A stretch of DNA of 63,818 nt, filler included, from Octopus bimaculoides (taxonomy: Eukaryota): the NCBI RefSeq assembly GCF_001194135.2. It is 5 parts of 5 records of this genome, joined end to end, with 100 filler letters (N's around TTAATTAATTAA, not from the genome) between each part and the next. Parts side by side here need not be neighbours in the genome. Positions count along the whole stretch, not along the records: positions 47,459 to 57,058 come from NC_069010.1; positions 57,159 to 62,647 come from NC_068998.1; 3 more parts are not named here. One strand, written 5' to 3'. Position 1 is the first letter of the stretch; every line of letters starts with the position of its first letter. The position numbers and the translations under genes are program-made. Under the pieces are notes generated by a model that did not search any database, had not been told where the DNA came from, and saw only the letters and a program-made list of their open reading frames with translations. Positions 50,129 to 62,747 of the stretch are shown piece by piece.

Positions 50129-51208
50129 CTAGCCACCACCCTTCACCACCTTTATAAACTGCATCTTTGATGTATATTTGATAGGTTAACATATAAAACA
50201 CCCTCTCCTCCCCTTCCGTCCATCTCCGACTACTACTACTACCTCCCACCACGTATTATTCTCTTTACTTTCCCCTCCCATTTCTCCCTGTTCATCTCAC
50301 TTGTCTTTCTACCTCTTTCCCTTCCCCCATCTCGTCACGTACACGCACACGCACTGGCACACACACACATACGCACGCACACACACACGTATACACAAGC
50401 ATACATTCTCATCTCTTCCTCCTCTTACCACTGCTTCCTCCCGTCACCAGACGACAACTCTCTAAATCCCCTCTCTCTCTTTTATCTTTCTCTCCCTCTG
50501 CCTCTCACCCGCTCTCTCCCTCTGCCTCTCACCCGCTCTCTCCCCCTCTCTCTTTCCGTATCATTTATACCTCTCACTCTCTTTTTCTCTCTCTACTCCT
50601 TCCTCTTTCACTCTCTCTCACTCTCCTATTCACTCCTCCTACCCTCTATCTGTACCTTTCCCTGTCGTCCTCTCACTTTCTCACTGTCCTATTCACTCCT
50701 CCAGCCCTCTATCTCTACCTATCCCTCTTGCAGTCTCATTCACTCCTCTCAAACTCGTTCTCTCTACCTTTTCCTCTCACCCTCGCTCTCTCGGTCACCT
50801 TCACCCCCTCCCACCCTGGCTCTCCCGCTATCTCCTCCTCCCGCCCACATTATATCATCCTTAATGGGAACATTCCGCAACTTTTTATTTATTTATTTAT
50901 TTTCCCTTTCATCCGAATCAGTTCTGAAAGATCTTCTGCTGCACACAAACACAACACACACAGACGTATGCATAATGCATATATGTGCATGTATGTGTGC
51001 ACGTGGGAGATTGTGTAATATGTGTGTGCTTAAAGCTGTAAGCCCATCAAAATATACCCGGAAAGTACCCCACGGAGACATCCGCCTGAACAAAATATCA
51101 TCGATAGATAATAGCTGTTCTTTCATGCAAATTTCCCGTCTCCAAGGTGTGGTAAACACACCATCACCGGTTGTCAAGCGATGATGGGAGAGAAACACAG
51201 GTACAAAG

Positions 51209-51241
<33 letters not shown>

Positions 51242-51707
51242 ATGGACTTCTTTCTAAGGCTTTTGTCGGCCCCGAGGCTATAGTAGAAAAAAACTTGCCC
51301 AAGGTGCCATAGAATGGGACTGAACCCAGAACCATGTGGTTGTGAACAAACCTCTTCTCAAACAGTCATACCTGCACCTGTATATAACATAGTTTTTATT
51401 TCTTTTATTCGTTTATTTGTTTCAGTCATTTGACTACGGCCATGCTAGAGCACCGCCTTTTAGTCGAACAAATTAACCCCCCGGGACTTATTCTTTGCAA
51501 GCTTGCTACTTATTCTATTGTTCTCTTTTGCCGAACNNNNNNNNNNNNNNNNNNNNNNNNNNNNNNNNNNNNNNNNNNNNNNNNNNNNNNNNNNNNNNNN
51601 NNNNNNNNNNNNNNNNNNNNNNNNNNNNNNNNNNNNNNNNNNNNNNNNNNNNNNNNNNNNNNNNNNNNNNNNNNNNNNNNNNNNNNNNNNNNNNNNNNNN
51701 NNNNNNN

Positions 51708-51749
<42 letters not shown>

Positions 51750-52029
51750 GCATGTTATATACATAATTTTCCGAATCGTCGGAAAATACTCCGCACCCCA
51801 CTCATCACCTACTGACCCTATACGAGACACTGCTGAGGCGCACAATGTATTAGTGGTGGTGGCCATATCCGAAACGGAACTGCTACAGCTGTTGGAACAC
51901 ATACAGACGTTCTAGACCACGTCCGCAAAAGGGGACACGGCACTCAGTCGAGTGACATGAAGTTACTCACCAGCACATTCCATCGGCACCTTACACATGC
52001 AGAGAATGTACTCCCAGATATCCCATGCC

Positions 52030-52590
52030 TATATAAAAGACAGGATGGTCACAAATGGAACATCTTTAACGATAGGTCTGTTGGATCGGGACTGAACTGG
52101 AACATCGTTCATCATAAGTCTACAGGATCAGGAGTGACCTGGGACTAAACAGCAACAAGGAAGGACACATTAGATAATGTAGTCCGAGATACACTATGTC
52201 TGAATAAAAGACAGGATGGTCACAGCTAGAATATCTTTGCTTATAGGCCTGCTGGATCATGACTGACCAGGGGCTAAACAACATCAACAAAGAAGGACAC
52301 ATTAGATAATGTAGTCCTAGATACACTATGTCTGAAAAAAAGACAGGATGGTCACAACTGGAACGTCTTTTGCGATAGGTCTGTTGGATCAGGACCGAAC
52401 TGGAACATCTTTCATCATAGGTCTACAGGATGAAGACTGACCTAGGGCTAAACAAGAACAAGGAAGGGCACATTAGATTATGTAGTCCTAGATACACTAT
52501 GTCTGAATAAAAGACAGAATGATCATAGCTAGAACATCTTTGCTTATGGGTCTGCTGGATCAGGACTGACCAGGGGCTAAACAATAAGCT
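52030..52590. repeat. Same satellite family with alternating 171/132-bp units (303-bp higher-order period)
   Basis: gacagg/gacaga anchor at 52039, 52210, 52342 and 52513. Confidence 0.88.
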
Positions 52591-54103
52591 AAGATACTTA
52601 GATAAAGTAGTCTTTGATCGACTTCTGTTAAGCAACAACAAAAACAATAACAGCTTAATGTCTTGTTTCATAATTTTTTTTTAATGTTCATTTTATTCTT
52701 TTCATTTTCTTTTTGTTTTTCTTTGATTTTAGATAATCCAATATTTCTTCAAAAACCAACCGCAATAAATTCTCTGGGACCCCTAAACGAAACTACGAAG
52801 GAAGACACCGCATGGACTCTGCAAAAATGGTGATAGTAGCAGAAGAAGCACCCTTTCCACAAATATATATTTGTGTGCTTGTTCCGAAATGAGGCATGTA
52901 ACACAGAAGACATATTAGATATACCTACAGACACTGCGTCTGTATATATATANNNNNNNNNNNNNNNNNNNNNNNNNNNNNNNNNNNNNNNNNNNNNNNN
53001 NNNNNNNNNNNNNNNNNNNNNNNNNNNNNNNNNNNNNNNNNNNNNNNNNNNNNNNNNNNNNNNNNNNNNNNNNNNNNNNNNNNNNNNNNNNNNNNNNNNN
53101 NNNNNNNNNNNNNNNNNNNNNNNNNNNNNNNNNNNNNNNNNNNNNNNNNNNNNNNNNNNNNNNNNNNNNNNNNNNNNNNNNNNNNNNNNNNNNNNNNNNN
53201 NNNNNNNNNNNNNNNNNNNNNNNNNNNNNNNNNNNNNNNNNNNNNNNNNNNNNNNNNNNNNNNNNNNNNNNNNNNNNNNNNNNNNNNNNNNNNNNNNNNN
53301 NNNNNNNNNNNNNNNNNNNNNNNNNNNNNNNNNNNNNNNNNNNNNNNNNNNNNNNNNNNNNNNNNNNNNNNNNNNNNNNNNNNNNNNNNNNNNNNNNNNN
53401 NNNNNNNNNNNNNNNNNNNNNNNNNNNNNNNNNNNNNNNNNNNNNNNNNNNNNNNNNNNNNNNNNNNNNNNNNNNNNNNNNNNNNNNNNNNNNNNNNNNN
53501 NNNNNNNNNNNNNNNNNNNNNNNNNNNNNNNNNNNNNNNNNNNNNNNNNNNNNNNNNNNNNNNNNNNNNNNNNNNNNNNNNNNNNNNNNNNNNNNNNNNN
53601 NNNNNNNNNNNNNNNNNNNNNNNNNNNNNNNNNNNNNNNNNNNNNNNNNNNNNNNNNNNNNNNNNNNNNNNNNNNNNNNNNNNNNNNNNNNNNNNNNNNN
53701 NNNNNNNNNNNNNNNNNNNNNNNNNNNNNNNNNNNNNNNNNNNNNNNNNNNNNNNNNNNNNNNNNNNNNNNNNNNNNNNNNNNNNNNNNNNNNNNNNNNN
53801 NNNNNNNNNNNNNNNNNNNNNNNNNNNNNNNNNNNNNNNNNNNNNNNNNNNNNNNNNNNNNNNNNNNNNNNNNNNNNNNNNNNNNNNNNNNNNNNNNNNN
53901 NNNNNNNNCAATATTTATATGCTATTACTTATAGCGAGTCCCACCGATAAAAACAAAATATTTCACGTTCTCCCAAAGTTTCTAAAAGTTTTATGACGTA
54001 AACACAAACATTTATTTATTTGTTTTTTTTTTTGGAAATTTTTAACGGCTGTTGTTTTCCTTATTTAAATTACAAATTTTATATTTTCTTTAATATCTTT
54101 ACT

Positions 54104-56600
54104 ATGTACCTCTTCCGGTTAAATTCGAAAGCTGGACACCCTTCTTCTGCTGTTGCTGCTATGTGTAATCGCGGTGTCCGAGCTGTCGAGAGGTGCCCGC
54201 TCGATAATAACCTGTCTATAATTACAAACGGAGACGGTTTTCTGATTGGACACTTCAATGACGTCACCGAGAAACTGACCAATCACTTTCTGAGCATCCT
54301 TCGCAGCAACACGGAAAACACGGGGCAAGAAGGCGATGACAAAGAACGGTTCAACGCACACAACACGCTGTTACTTTCACGGTGGATCGAACACAGGCCC
54401 GTGGCCGTCAAAGAAGACATAATAGACTCGATCGGTTGTCGCGGAGCTGTAGTGTTGAGGCCTTCATTCTGTACGTCGTGTGCATCTTGTGTTTGGACGG
54501 AGTTCTTTGAAACGCGTCGCTTTGGGCTTTGTAAAAAGCCAGGGTGTGAAAGCGACGCCCAGCTGCACCCATTACCTGCATTACAACGCCGTGACCATCT
54601 CCACCACCAACACAGCAAATGCAAGGATTTTGACTGTTGCTTTTTCTGCGATTGTTTTTGCTGTAATTATCTTCCTCTGACGTACCACGATCGTCATCGT
54701 CGTCGTCGTCATCATCATCATCATCATCATCATCATTATTGTCATCCTTCTCGTCATCATTGTCGACGTGATAGCGATTCCGTTTATGAAGAACAAGTGC
54801 GGGAGCAAGAACAAAAACAACAACAACAACAACAACAACAGCAGCAGCAGCAGAGAAAGAAACTACAGAAGCAGCAACAACAGCCAGAACAACAGCAACA
54901 AAGACAAATGCAGCAGCAACTATGGGAGGGGCAACAGCAGCAGCAGCAGCAGAAACAAGATCTACTGCAGCAGCACCACCAGAAGCACAAACCACACAAG
55001 CAACCAGAGCAGCAACTACAGCAGCAGCAGCAGCAACTTCAACAATTACAAAAACAACAGCAACACAAACACAAAACGCATTCGAGAATCACCAATAAGA
55101 AACCACCACCACCAACAACAACAACAACACCAACGCTATTATTACTACTACTACCATCCGCACCACCACCATCAGAGCACCACTGCTATCACCACCACCA
55201 CTGCCGTCATCACAGCGATGACGACTACTACCNNNNNNNNNNNNNNNNNNNNNNNNNNNNNNNNNNNNNNNNNNNNNNNNNNNNNNNNNNNNNNNNNNNN
55301 NNNNNNNNNNNNNNNNNNNNNNNNNNNNNNNNNNNNNNNNNNNNNNNNNNNNNNNNNNNNNNNNNNNNNNNNNNNNNNNNNNNNNNNNNNNNNNNNNNNN
55401 NNNNNNNNNNNNNNNNNNNNNNNNNNNNNNNNNNNNNNNNNNNNNNNNNNNNNNNNNNNNNNNNNNNNNNNNNNNNNNNNNNNNNNNNNNNNNNNNNNNN
55501 NNNNNNNNNNNNNNNNNNNNNNNNNNNNNNNNNNNNNNNNNNNNNNNNNNNNNNNNNNNNNNNNNNNNNNNNNNNNNNNNNNNNNNNNNNNNNNNNNNNN
55601 NNNNNNNNNNNNNNNNNNNNNNNNNNNNNNNNNNNNNNNNNNNNNNNNNNNNNNNNNNNNNNNNNNNNNNNNNNNNNNNNNNNNNNNNNNNNNNNNNNNN
55701 NNNNNNNNNNNNNNNNNNNNNNNNNNNNNNNNNNNNNNNNNNNNNNNNNNNNNNNNNNNNNNNNNNNNNNNNNNNNNNNNNNNNNNNNNNNNNNNNNNNN
55801 NNNNNNNNNATTTCAGCACCGAAATCGGTTCCCTGGAAGAAGACCACTATTTGGTTGATTCTAATCTCAACGCTGTCCGTTCTGCTGAAATTCTTTCGAA
55901 CAAAACCAACCAAAATCGTTGTTGTTGTTGTTGTTGTTACCATCCGGGGCCAAAATCGCAACAGAAAAGACAGCATTCTAAAGACAGGGGCCGAGATGGA
56001 ATTAGCCTCCCGATTGCGAAGAATTTGGGAATTGAGAAAGTTAGACGAGCAGTGATGTTGGATGGCGGAAAACATGCAGCGTGTTTAGGTTTCGTGGAGG
56101 AAACTGGTCTGTGTGACAATGTCGCAACTTCCGGACTCGATAACCTTATGACTGGTCATGTGACAACCACAATACCAATTCTTCGGTCCACTGCACAACC
56201 CTTGTCTACGTCACTGCTGTGTGAAAATTCTTTACAGGATTTTCAAAGAACTTTCGTTCCCCCTGACGGGGCTTCGAATGAATCTCGAGGTATGTCACGA
56301 AAATATCGGGCCTTAGGCTCTTTGAGAACCGCAGAAACTGCTGTTGCTATCTCGAATAAAAATGAAGCCAGCAAGCCGGTTTCGTGCCCGACTGAAGGCG
56401 AAGTTGCAAAACCTGGACATACAAAGACTGCAGCCGGTAAAAAGTGTGGACAGAAAGTCAACACGTTGTTTGGTCGAGGGGGCGAGAAGATGTCGACGTC
56501 GGTCGTGGCGACTGCGTGTTCGAAACTTGCACAGATCCGCAAGGGTACAACGGGTAAAATGTCTCAAATAATACCAACATTGAGGTTTTTTTGGAACTAA
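54104..56600 (+). CDS. Unrecognised protein: Cys/His-rich N-terminal part, polyQ middle, Ser/Thr/Lys-rich C-terminal part; N gap at 55233-55809
   Basis: Frame is open from ATG 54104 to the gap (~376 codons, the first ~200 non-repetitive). A different frame is open from the gap to TAA 56600 (~263 codons). GC and CpG are higher than in the flanks, and an AATAAA lies at 56797. Linking the two halves assumes a mis-sized gap or an intron within it. No domain recognised. Confidence 0.62.
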
Positions 56601-56789
56601 AGTAAAGGCCTTGAAAGAGCATATTATTAGAAAATATTCTGAATCTGCTACACTTTCAGTCCTCAAAATGCATGAGGAGACAAACAAATATTCCCTCAGC
56701 CTTTAGATGAAATATTATTATCATGATATTATACCCGATTAAGGGGTAGAGATTCCATGTTAAAGTTATGTGTTTTGAGTTGATATAAA

Positions 56790-56868
56790 GAATAATAATA
56801 AATGGAGCTAAACGCATATAATCAATAAGTTCCTTATTGATTATGTTTTGCTCCATTTATTATTATTC
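56790..56868. other. 79-nt near-perfect inverted repeat (hairpin)
   Basis: 19-bp perfect outer stem (56790-56808/56850-56868), 12-bp perfect inner stem (56818-56829/56833-56844), TTC loop, asymmetric interior bulge. Confidence 0.9.
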
Positions 56869-57058
56869 TATATATATATATATATATATTGGTTGCAAGA
56901 TTTTTTATGTGAATTCGTAGGAAGAAGGAATTTCAACCATGTTTCGTGGTCTGCTACCACAACAGCTCCTTTATAGGATCCAGTTAGCTGAAGACATCAT
57001 CAGGAGGAACCACGTCCGGTTTCGGCCCCTACTCCTCTACCGTTTTGACGTGGCGGGG

Positions 57059-57158
57059 NNNNNNNNNNNNNNNNNNNNNNNNNNNNNNNNNNNNNNNNNN
57101 NNTTAATTAATTAANNNNNNNNNNNNNNNNNNNNNNNNNNNNNNNNNNNNNNNNNNNN
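57059..57158. other. Synthetic scaffold join, N44-TTAATTAATTAA-N44
   Basis: 12-mer at 57103-57114. Confidence 0.95.
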
Positions 57159-57210
<52 letters not shown>

Positions 57211-57578
57211 GTGTTTATATATACATCCCAAAGTGGTTTTCTGCACTCACACACATTCACATATGCACTCACAAGCATCCACTCACATTCTGCACTCACA
57301 CACACTCACACGAGTACACATTATACACATATACACACTCAAGCACGTACATAAACAATTATACACAATCATACACACACGATCGTATACGAACATAAGC
57401 GCACCGTCACGCTCATATATACTCACACATGTGGTTCCATGTAGTTTCTGTCTGCCAAATTTCATCCTCAGGACATTGGTGAACCAGACTTTAAAACTAT
57501 AGTCAATGGAGTTTGGAATAGTGGTCGCCGAGCCAAGCCAAATTCTTCATAATATTGCAATGTCTGCATCTCTCCCTT

Positions 57579-57612
<34 letters not shown>

Positions 57613-57817
57613 AATTTATATATATGCACATATACATATAGGCATAGGAGTGGCTTTGTGGTAAGAAGCTTCCTTCCCAACCACATGGTGCTAGGTTCAG
57701 TTCCACTGCGTGGCACCTTGAGCAAGTGTCATTTACTATAGCCTCGGGCCGACCAAAGACTTGTGAGTGGATCTAGTAGACGGAAAATGAAAGAAGCCCG
57801 TCGTATATATATATGTA

Positions 57818-58040
57818 CCAAAGATCCCGTCTTTCCCATCTATGATAAGGCCCCGCAATTGTTCGACATCCTTCCAGGCAACCTTAGAAACCTACATGGT
57901 ATTGATGTGGAAGTTTTCAAGTAACGTTCGTGCAGGTTTCTATCTGAGATACCAGATGAACCCACATCGCGGCAGGAGAGGCAAAGAAGAGCAGATCCGT
58001 CCAACTCGTTACTTCACCAAAAACAATACCAGAAAAAACT
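57818..58040 (+). mobile_element. CR1-like LINE 3' end
   Basis: KAPQLFDILPGNLRNLHGIDVEVFK*...[10 protein letters not shown]...SNSLLHQ. Confidence 0.7.
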
Positions 58041-58086
58041 TATATATATATATAAACAGATCGATCGACATATAAATATATGCATA

Positions 58087-58178
<92 letters not shown>

Positions 58179-59020
58179 CGTGCGTGTGTATGTCTGTGTG
58201 TGTGTGTATGTATGTATGCTTGTGCGTTTGTAGGTGTGTATGTTACGTATGGTTATAGATTGTTGAGAGATATAAAAAATGCAATTATGTGCTGTATCAG
58301 TCAGTTATCTGACAGACGAACCAGTAGAAGTGAAGCTACTTAAGACAGTTAATCTTCAGGTCATTCTAATTGTGCCCTTAACTAAACACATATCGTATTG
58401 GAAGTCGTCTTTGCTGGAAATATAACGGTCACTGATTCAAATGACTGACCAACGACCATTGAGAAGGATTACTTTACTCTTGTAACCAAAGTTGAAATAT
58501 GTGGTTACTCGGCCAGCTAGAAATAACACCCAAATCTCATTTTAAAAGACACTTTAAATTAGAAGGTTACAGTGTTTGAAATGATGCGGTGGCATGTGCC
58601 ATCCGAAAATATTGATCATATATTCGTATATTCGATCATGTAATATATATTCGATCGGGACTGGCCTGGAGCGATAGAATTATAGCAATAACAATCTTGG
58701 CTGAAATTCTGATGTTCCCAGTGTCGGAGTTCTATGTTCTCCTAGGAAATTGCCCTTATGGATAACACTTTGAAGAAAGCTGTATCGGAATGTTTACCTT
58801 CGATGCATATGTAATGCAGTAGATTTACATTTAAATCAACTAAGTGCACATAACTGCTACATCGAAAGGTATTAGGACACTTATCCAACAGAAACACGTG
58901 TCGGATTTGAATTTAATGGAAATAATACTTTAATGAATGCATTTTGAAGATGCATAATCCTCCATTGTTTCTTTGTGATGTCATGTATACATACATACAT
59001 ACATACATACATGCATACAT

Positions 59021-59747
59021 CAACCAAGCACTTGATACACAAAAGGGCTAGAGATGCAGGAAAAGCAGTAAGGTGTGATAAACAAGGCAGACTTTGTGGA
59101 GTTCACACCGAAGATATAACCCACACCATAATTAGTTGTCGGAAAATTGTCATCACGTATTATCTATCGATGAGGCATCATGTTGTAGCTAGGACACTCT
59201 ATAATGAAATCCGTCGGAAGGATAACCCCGACAACAAAGAAATAAGAACCCACATTATGAGAGAAGCCATAGCCATTCATAAAAAAGTACTGGTAGAATG
59301 TCCCATTTTATTAAGAAGAGATTTTATTAAGAAAAAATGTTATTAAGCACAACAGACCTGACATAATGATTTGGGATCGAGAAGCAAGATTGTGTACAGT
59401 TATGGAAATCAACTGCAAAGCGGATGTTAACATAAAGCTGAAGATCAATGAAAAAGAGAATACCTACGCTGAGCTATTGAGAAATCTGCAGTTACTCTAT
59501 CCAGACTACAAGTTCAGGTTTATACCTGTAATTATTGGGGGTTTGGAATATGTAACACACTGCCTAGATGCCAATCTTGAGAAATTAGGCTTCTCAAAAC
59601 CAGAAAGGAGAATCTGAGTCGAAGACTACGGATCCAATCCATCACTGGAACTGTGAAAATCGGTAAAACTTTCCTTATATGAGGATGTCTAGATATGCAT
59701 CTATATGCATGAGAATACACTCATAAAACAAGACATACAAATCTGCA
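59021..59747 (+). mobile_element. 5'-truncated RLE-type (R4/Dong-like) LINE inside (CATA)n
   Basis: Zinc-knuckle remnant (RLCGVHTEDITH..SC), RHHVVARTLY, HNRPDIMIWD, EINCKADVN..K..EK...Y, IPVIIGGL; frameshifted; (CATA)n on both flanks. Confidence 0.8.
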
Positions 59748-59781
59748 CATACATACATACATACATACATACATACATACA

Positions 59782-59827
<46 letters not shown>

Positions 59828-60739
59828 GTAATTTTTGTATAATTATGTATTGTTAATATAACAATACATAAAGACGGGCCAGAGTTGAAGTGCTCAGCAT
59901 GAGCTAGAATTCATCTTATAGTAAAAATGGATACATAAGGGTGGAAAATCACAGGAACATTACCATATGTCCAACGCAAGATACAATATGTGTGTTCAAT
60001 TCCTTCAAGAATCAATAAATGAATTTATAGTATTCAGTCTCTAAAGTGTCTAAAAGGTACGGTAAAAAGACCAGCAAATACAACAATAAAAGCTTTAGAA
60101 ATATCATGAATGTTCAAAATATTTATTAAAAGAATATTTATAAATATGCATGATTTCTAAGTTGTATAAAAATATGACAAATTAAAGTTAAAACATTATA
60201 TATATATATTTAGCAGAAGCTGCAGAGTACTTCAAGGTCCGAGAGTTGCGTGCGTTGAAACATTAAAAAAAAATCCTCTCCTGGTTGCCAAGCTTCAGAA
60301 ATTATCCATTCTATGAGCACCTTTTGTTTTATTATTGTTCATTTTAATGTTCGATCATTCGATCTGACAGGCCGTAGTGGAACTTTCGTACTAAGGAAAC
60401 TATTTGATAATTATGTAAGCTCCACACAAAAGCGATGGTATGTTCCACATATAAACAATACATCTCCCCCAAAAGGCCACGGGCAAGGACAAAGTAGCCA
60501 GTGATTGTGACATGTCAATTCATAAACTCAATGAGACGAAGACATAGACATCCAGTTGATATTATCGTGAAAGTCAATCTGGCAAAGAAATCCGTCCCAA
60601 TCAATGTATTGATTTATAACAAGCGACAAAATATCTCTGAAAGGAAATATAATATCCATCTCAACGGAACGATAGAGAGAAATTCAGAAAATAGGGATTG
60701 AAAACAGAAATAATGATGTCGATGATGATGATGCAACGA

Positions 60740-60880
60740 GTAATTATTTCATTAACTCCGAAAGGATGAAAGGCAAAGTCGACCATCCGCGGAATTTGAA
60801 CTCAGAACATAAAGCCGGATGAAATGTCGCTAAGTATTTTGACCGGCGAGCTAGCAATCCTGTATGCTTGCCGCGTTACA
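60740..60880 (-). mobile_element. SINE, family C
   Basis: ccgaaaggatgaaaggcaaagtcgac...gaactcagaac...gcttgccgc. Confidence 0.75.
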
Positions 60881-61229
60881 AAATAACACACATTGCTGTC
60901 ATTAATTTGGCATTAAATTTTAGTTTGCTTCTTGGGTCACGCCGAACAATAAAGGGCCGGTTTCTCAGTTTTCATGGCGTATAAATTCTCCACCCGGACG
61001 GGTCGCCGGTCCGACGCAGGGTTACTCATTTTTGCCAGCTGAAATGAAGTGCTTTGCTCAAGAACACAACGCGTCACCCGGACCAGGAATCGAAACCACA
61101 ATCTTATGCTCATGAGCCCAACACCGCTAACCACTAAACCATGCGCCTCCACATTAGTTTGGCTCTGAACGAACAAGAAGCACAATAACAACCACAACAA
61201 CAATAATAGTATCTGTTATAATATCAAGC

Positions 61230-61260
<31 letters not shown>

Positions 61261-61292
61261 TGTATGCATGTATGTATGTATGCATCTATCTA

Positions 61293-61338
<46 letters not shown>

Positions 61339-61500
61339 TAGATAGATAGCTAGACAGATAGATAAATAGACAGATAGATATAATAGATATATTCGAGTTT
61401 ATTCGTGCTAATATTTATACACGAATACCTATATATGTATCTGTATATATGCAAATATATATACATGTGTGTGTATACATACATATATACATACATATAT

Positions 61501-61536
<36 letters not shown>

Positions 61537-61585
61537 GCATACATACATACATACTTATATATATATACATACACACACACATACC

Positions 61586-61637
<52 letters not shown>

Positions 61638-61799
61638 TGCATCTCTTTACCCATGTATGTATGTATGTATGTATGTATGTATATATGCGTATACATACGT
61701 ATAGTGATTTCTTAATCAGGCATAAAGACTAGTTTATCATGTTAGTATGCTTGAGCATGCGTGTTGGGACTGTGATTTAGATGATGTATACATTCTGAT

Positions 61800-61819
61800 G
61801 AACTGATAGAGAGAGCGAG

Positions 61820-61857
<38 letters not shown>

Positions 61858-62520
61858 AAAGACAGGGAAAATAAAAGACAAAGAAAGAGAGGAGGGGGGA
61901 GTTAGGAAGAAGCTAGAGGGAGGGAAATTAGCAAAAGAAGGGGAGTGAGAAAAGAAACAAAAAAATGGAGTGAAACGTTGAGTGTTGGAGGAGAGCTTTG
62001 TGTGTTTGTGTAATAATGGTCAGTGCACATTAGTAGAGGATGAAAAACCGCATCAGAAGGGGAAAAAATGTTGTATTTTGTGAAATTTTGATCGTGAAGA
62101 GAAGGAGGAAGAGCATGAGTATAGAAGAAGGGGTGAGGAGGAGCGGTAGGAGAAGGGAATCGAAGGACAGGAAATGGTTATAATGGAGGATTATAGAATA
62201 ACGGAAATGGTAATTGAATGTGAAGTATAGACTGGGTGAAAGGGGGAGGGTGGAAGGAGGAGGGAGAGCGGAGAGAATGGGTAGGAGGGAGAAGGTGTGA
62301 AGGGGAGTGGAAAGATAGAGAGGGAAATAGAGAGAGGGAGAAGGAGAAGAAGAAGAAGAAGAAATGGAACGGGAGTAAGAGAGGGAAGGTCATAAAATAT
62401 ATAACGACTGAAATGGAATTGTGTGTATGCGTGAGAGAGAGAGAGAGAGGGAAAAGCAGGAGGGAAAGTGAGAGGTGGGGGAGAGAGAGAGTAGGGAAAG
62501 ACAGAGAGAGAGAACTCGAG
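61800..62520. repeat. Purine-rich (GA/GGA) low-complexity tract; a pyrimidine-rich counterpart lies at 50200-50850
   Basis: Direct inspection. Confidence 0.8.
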
Positions 62521-62602
62521 GTATGTGCTTTTGTATGTATACGTATATACATACATATACATACACATATATATACATATATATACATATATATATACAC
62601 GT

Positions 62603-62647
<45 letters not shown>

Positions 62648-62747
62648 NNNNNNNNNNNNNNNNNNNNNNNNNNNNNNNNNNNNNNNNNNNNTTAATTAAT
62701 TAANNNNNNNNNNNNNNNNNNNNNNNNNNNNNNNNNNNNNNNNNNNN
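62648..62747. other. Synthetic scaffold join, N44-TTAATTAATTAA-N44
   Basis: 12-mer at 62692-62703. Confidence 0.95.

Noticed and set aside
49581-52671. Recurrent MYLGLHYLMCPSL... ORFs
   Set aside because: Translations of the satellite unit, with stops in each repeat.
54283-54995. Minus-strand ORFs overlapping the orphan gene (poly-D, poly-A/V)
   Set aside because: They are shorter and stop-interrupted, and are explained as antisense shadows of the longer plus-strand frame.
59844-59870. 12-bp inverted repeat tatgtattgtta-ata-taacaatacata
   Set aside because: Short and AT-rich; expected occasionally by chance or local fold-back, with no supporting context.
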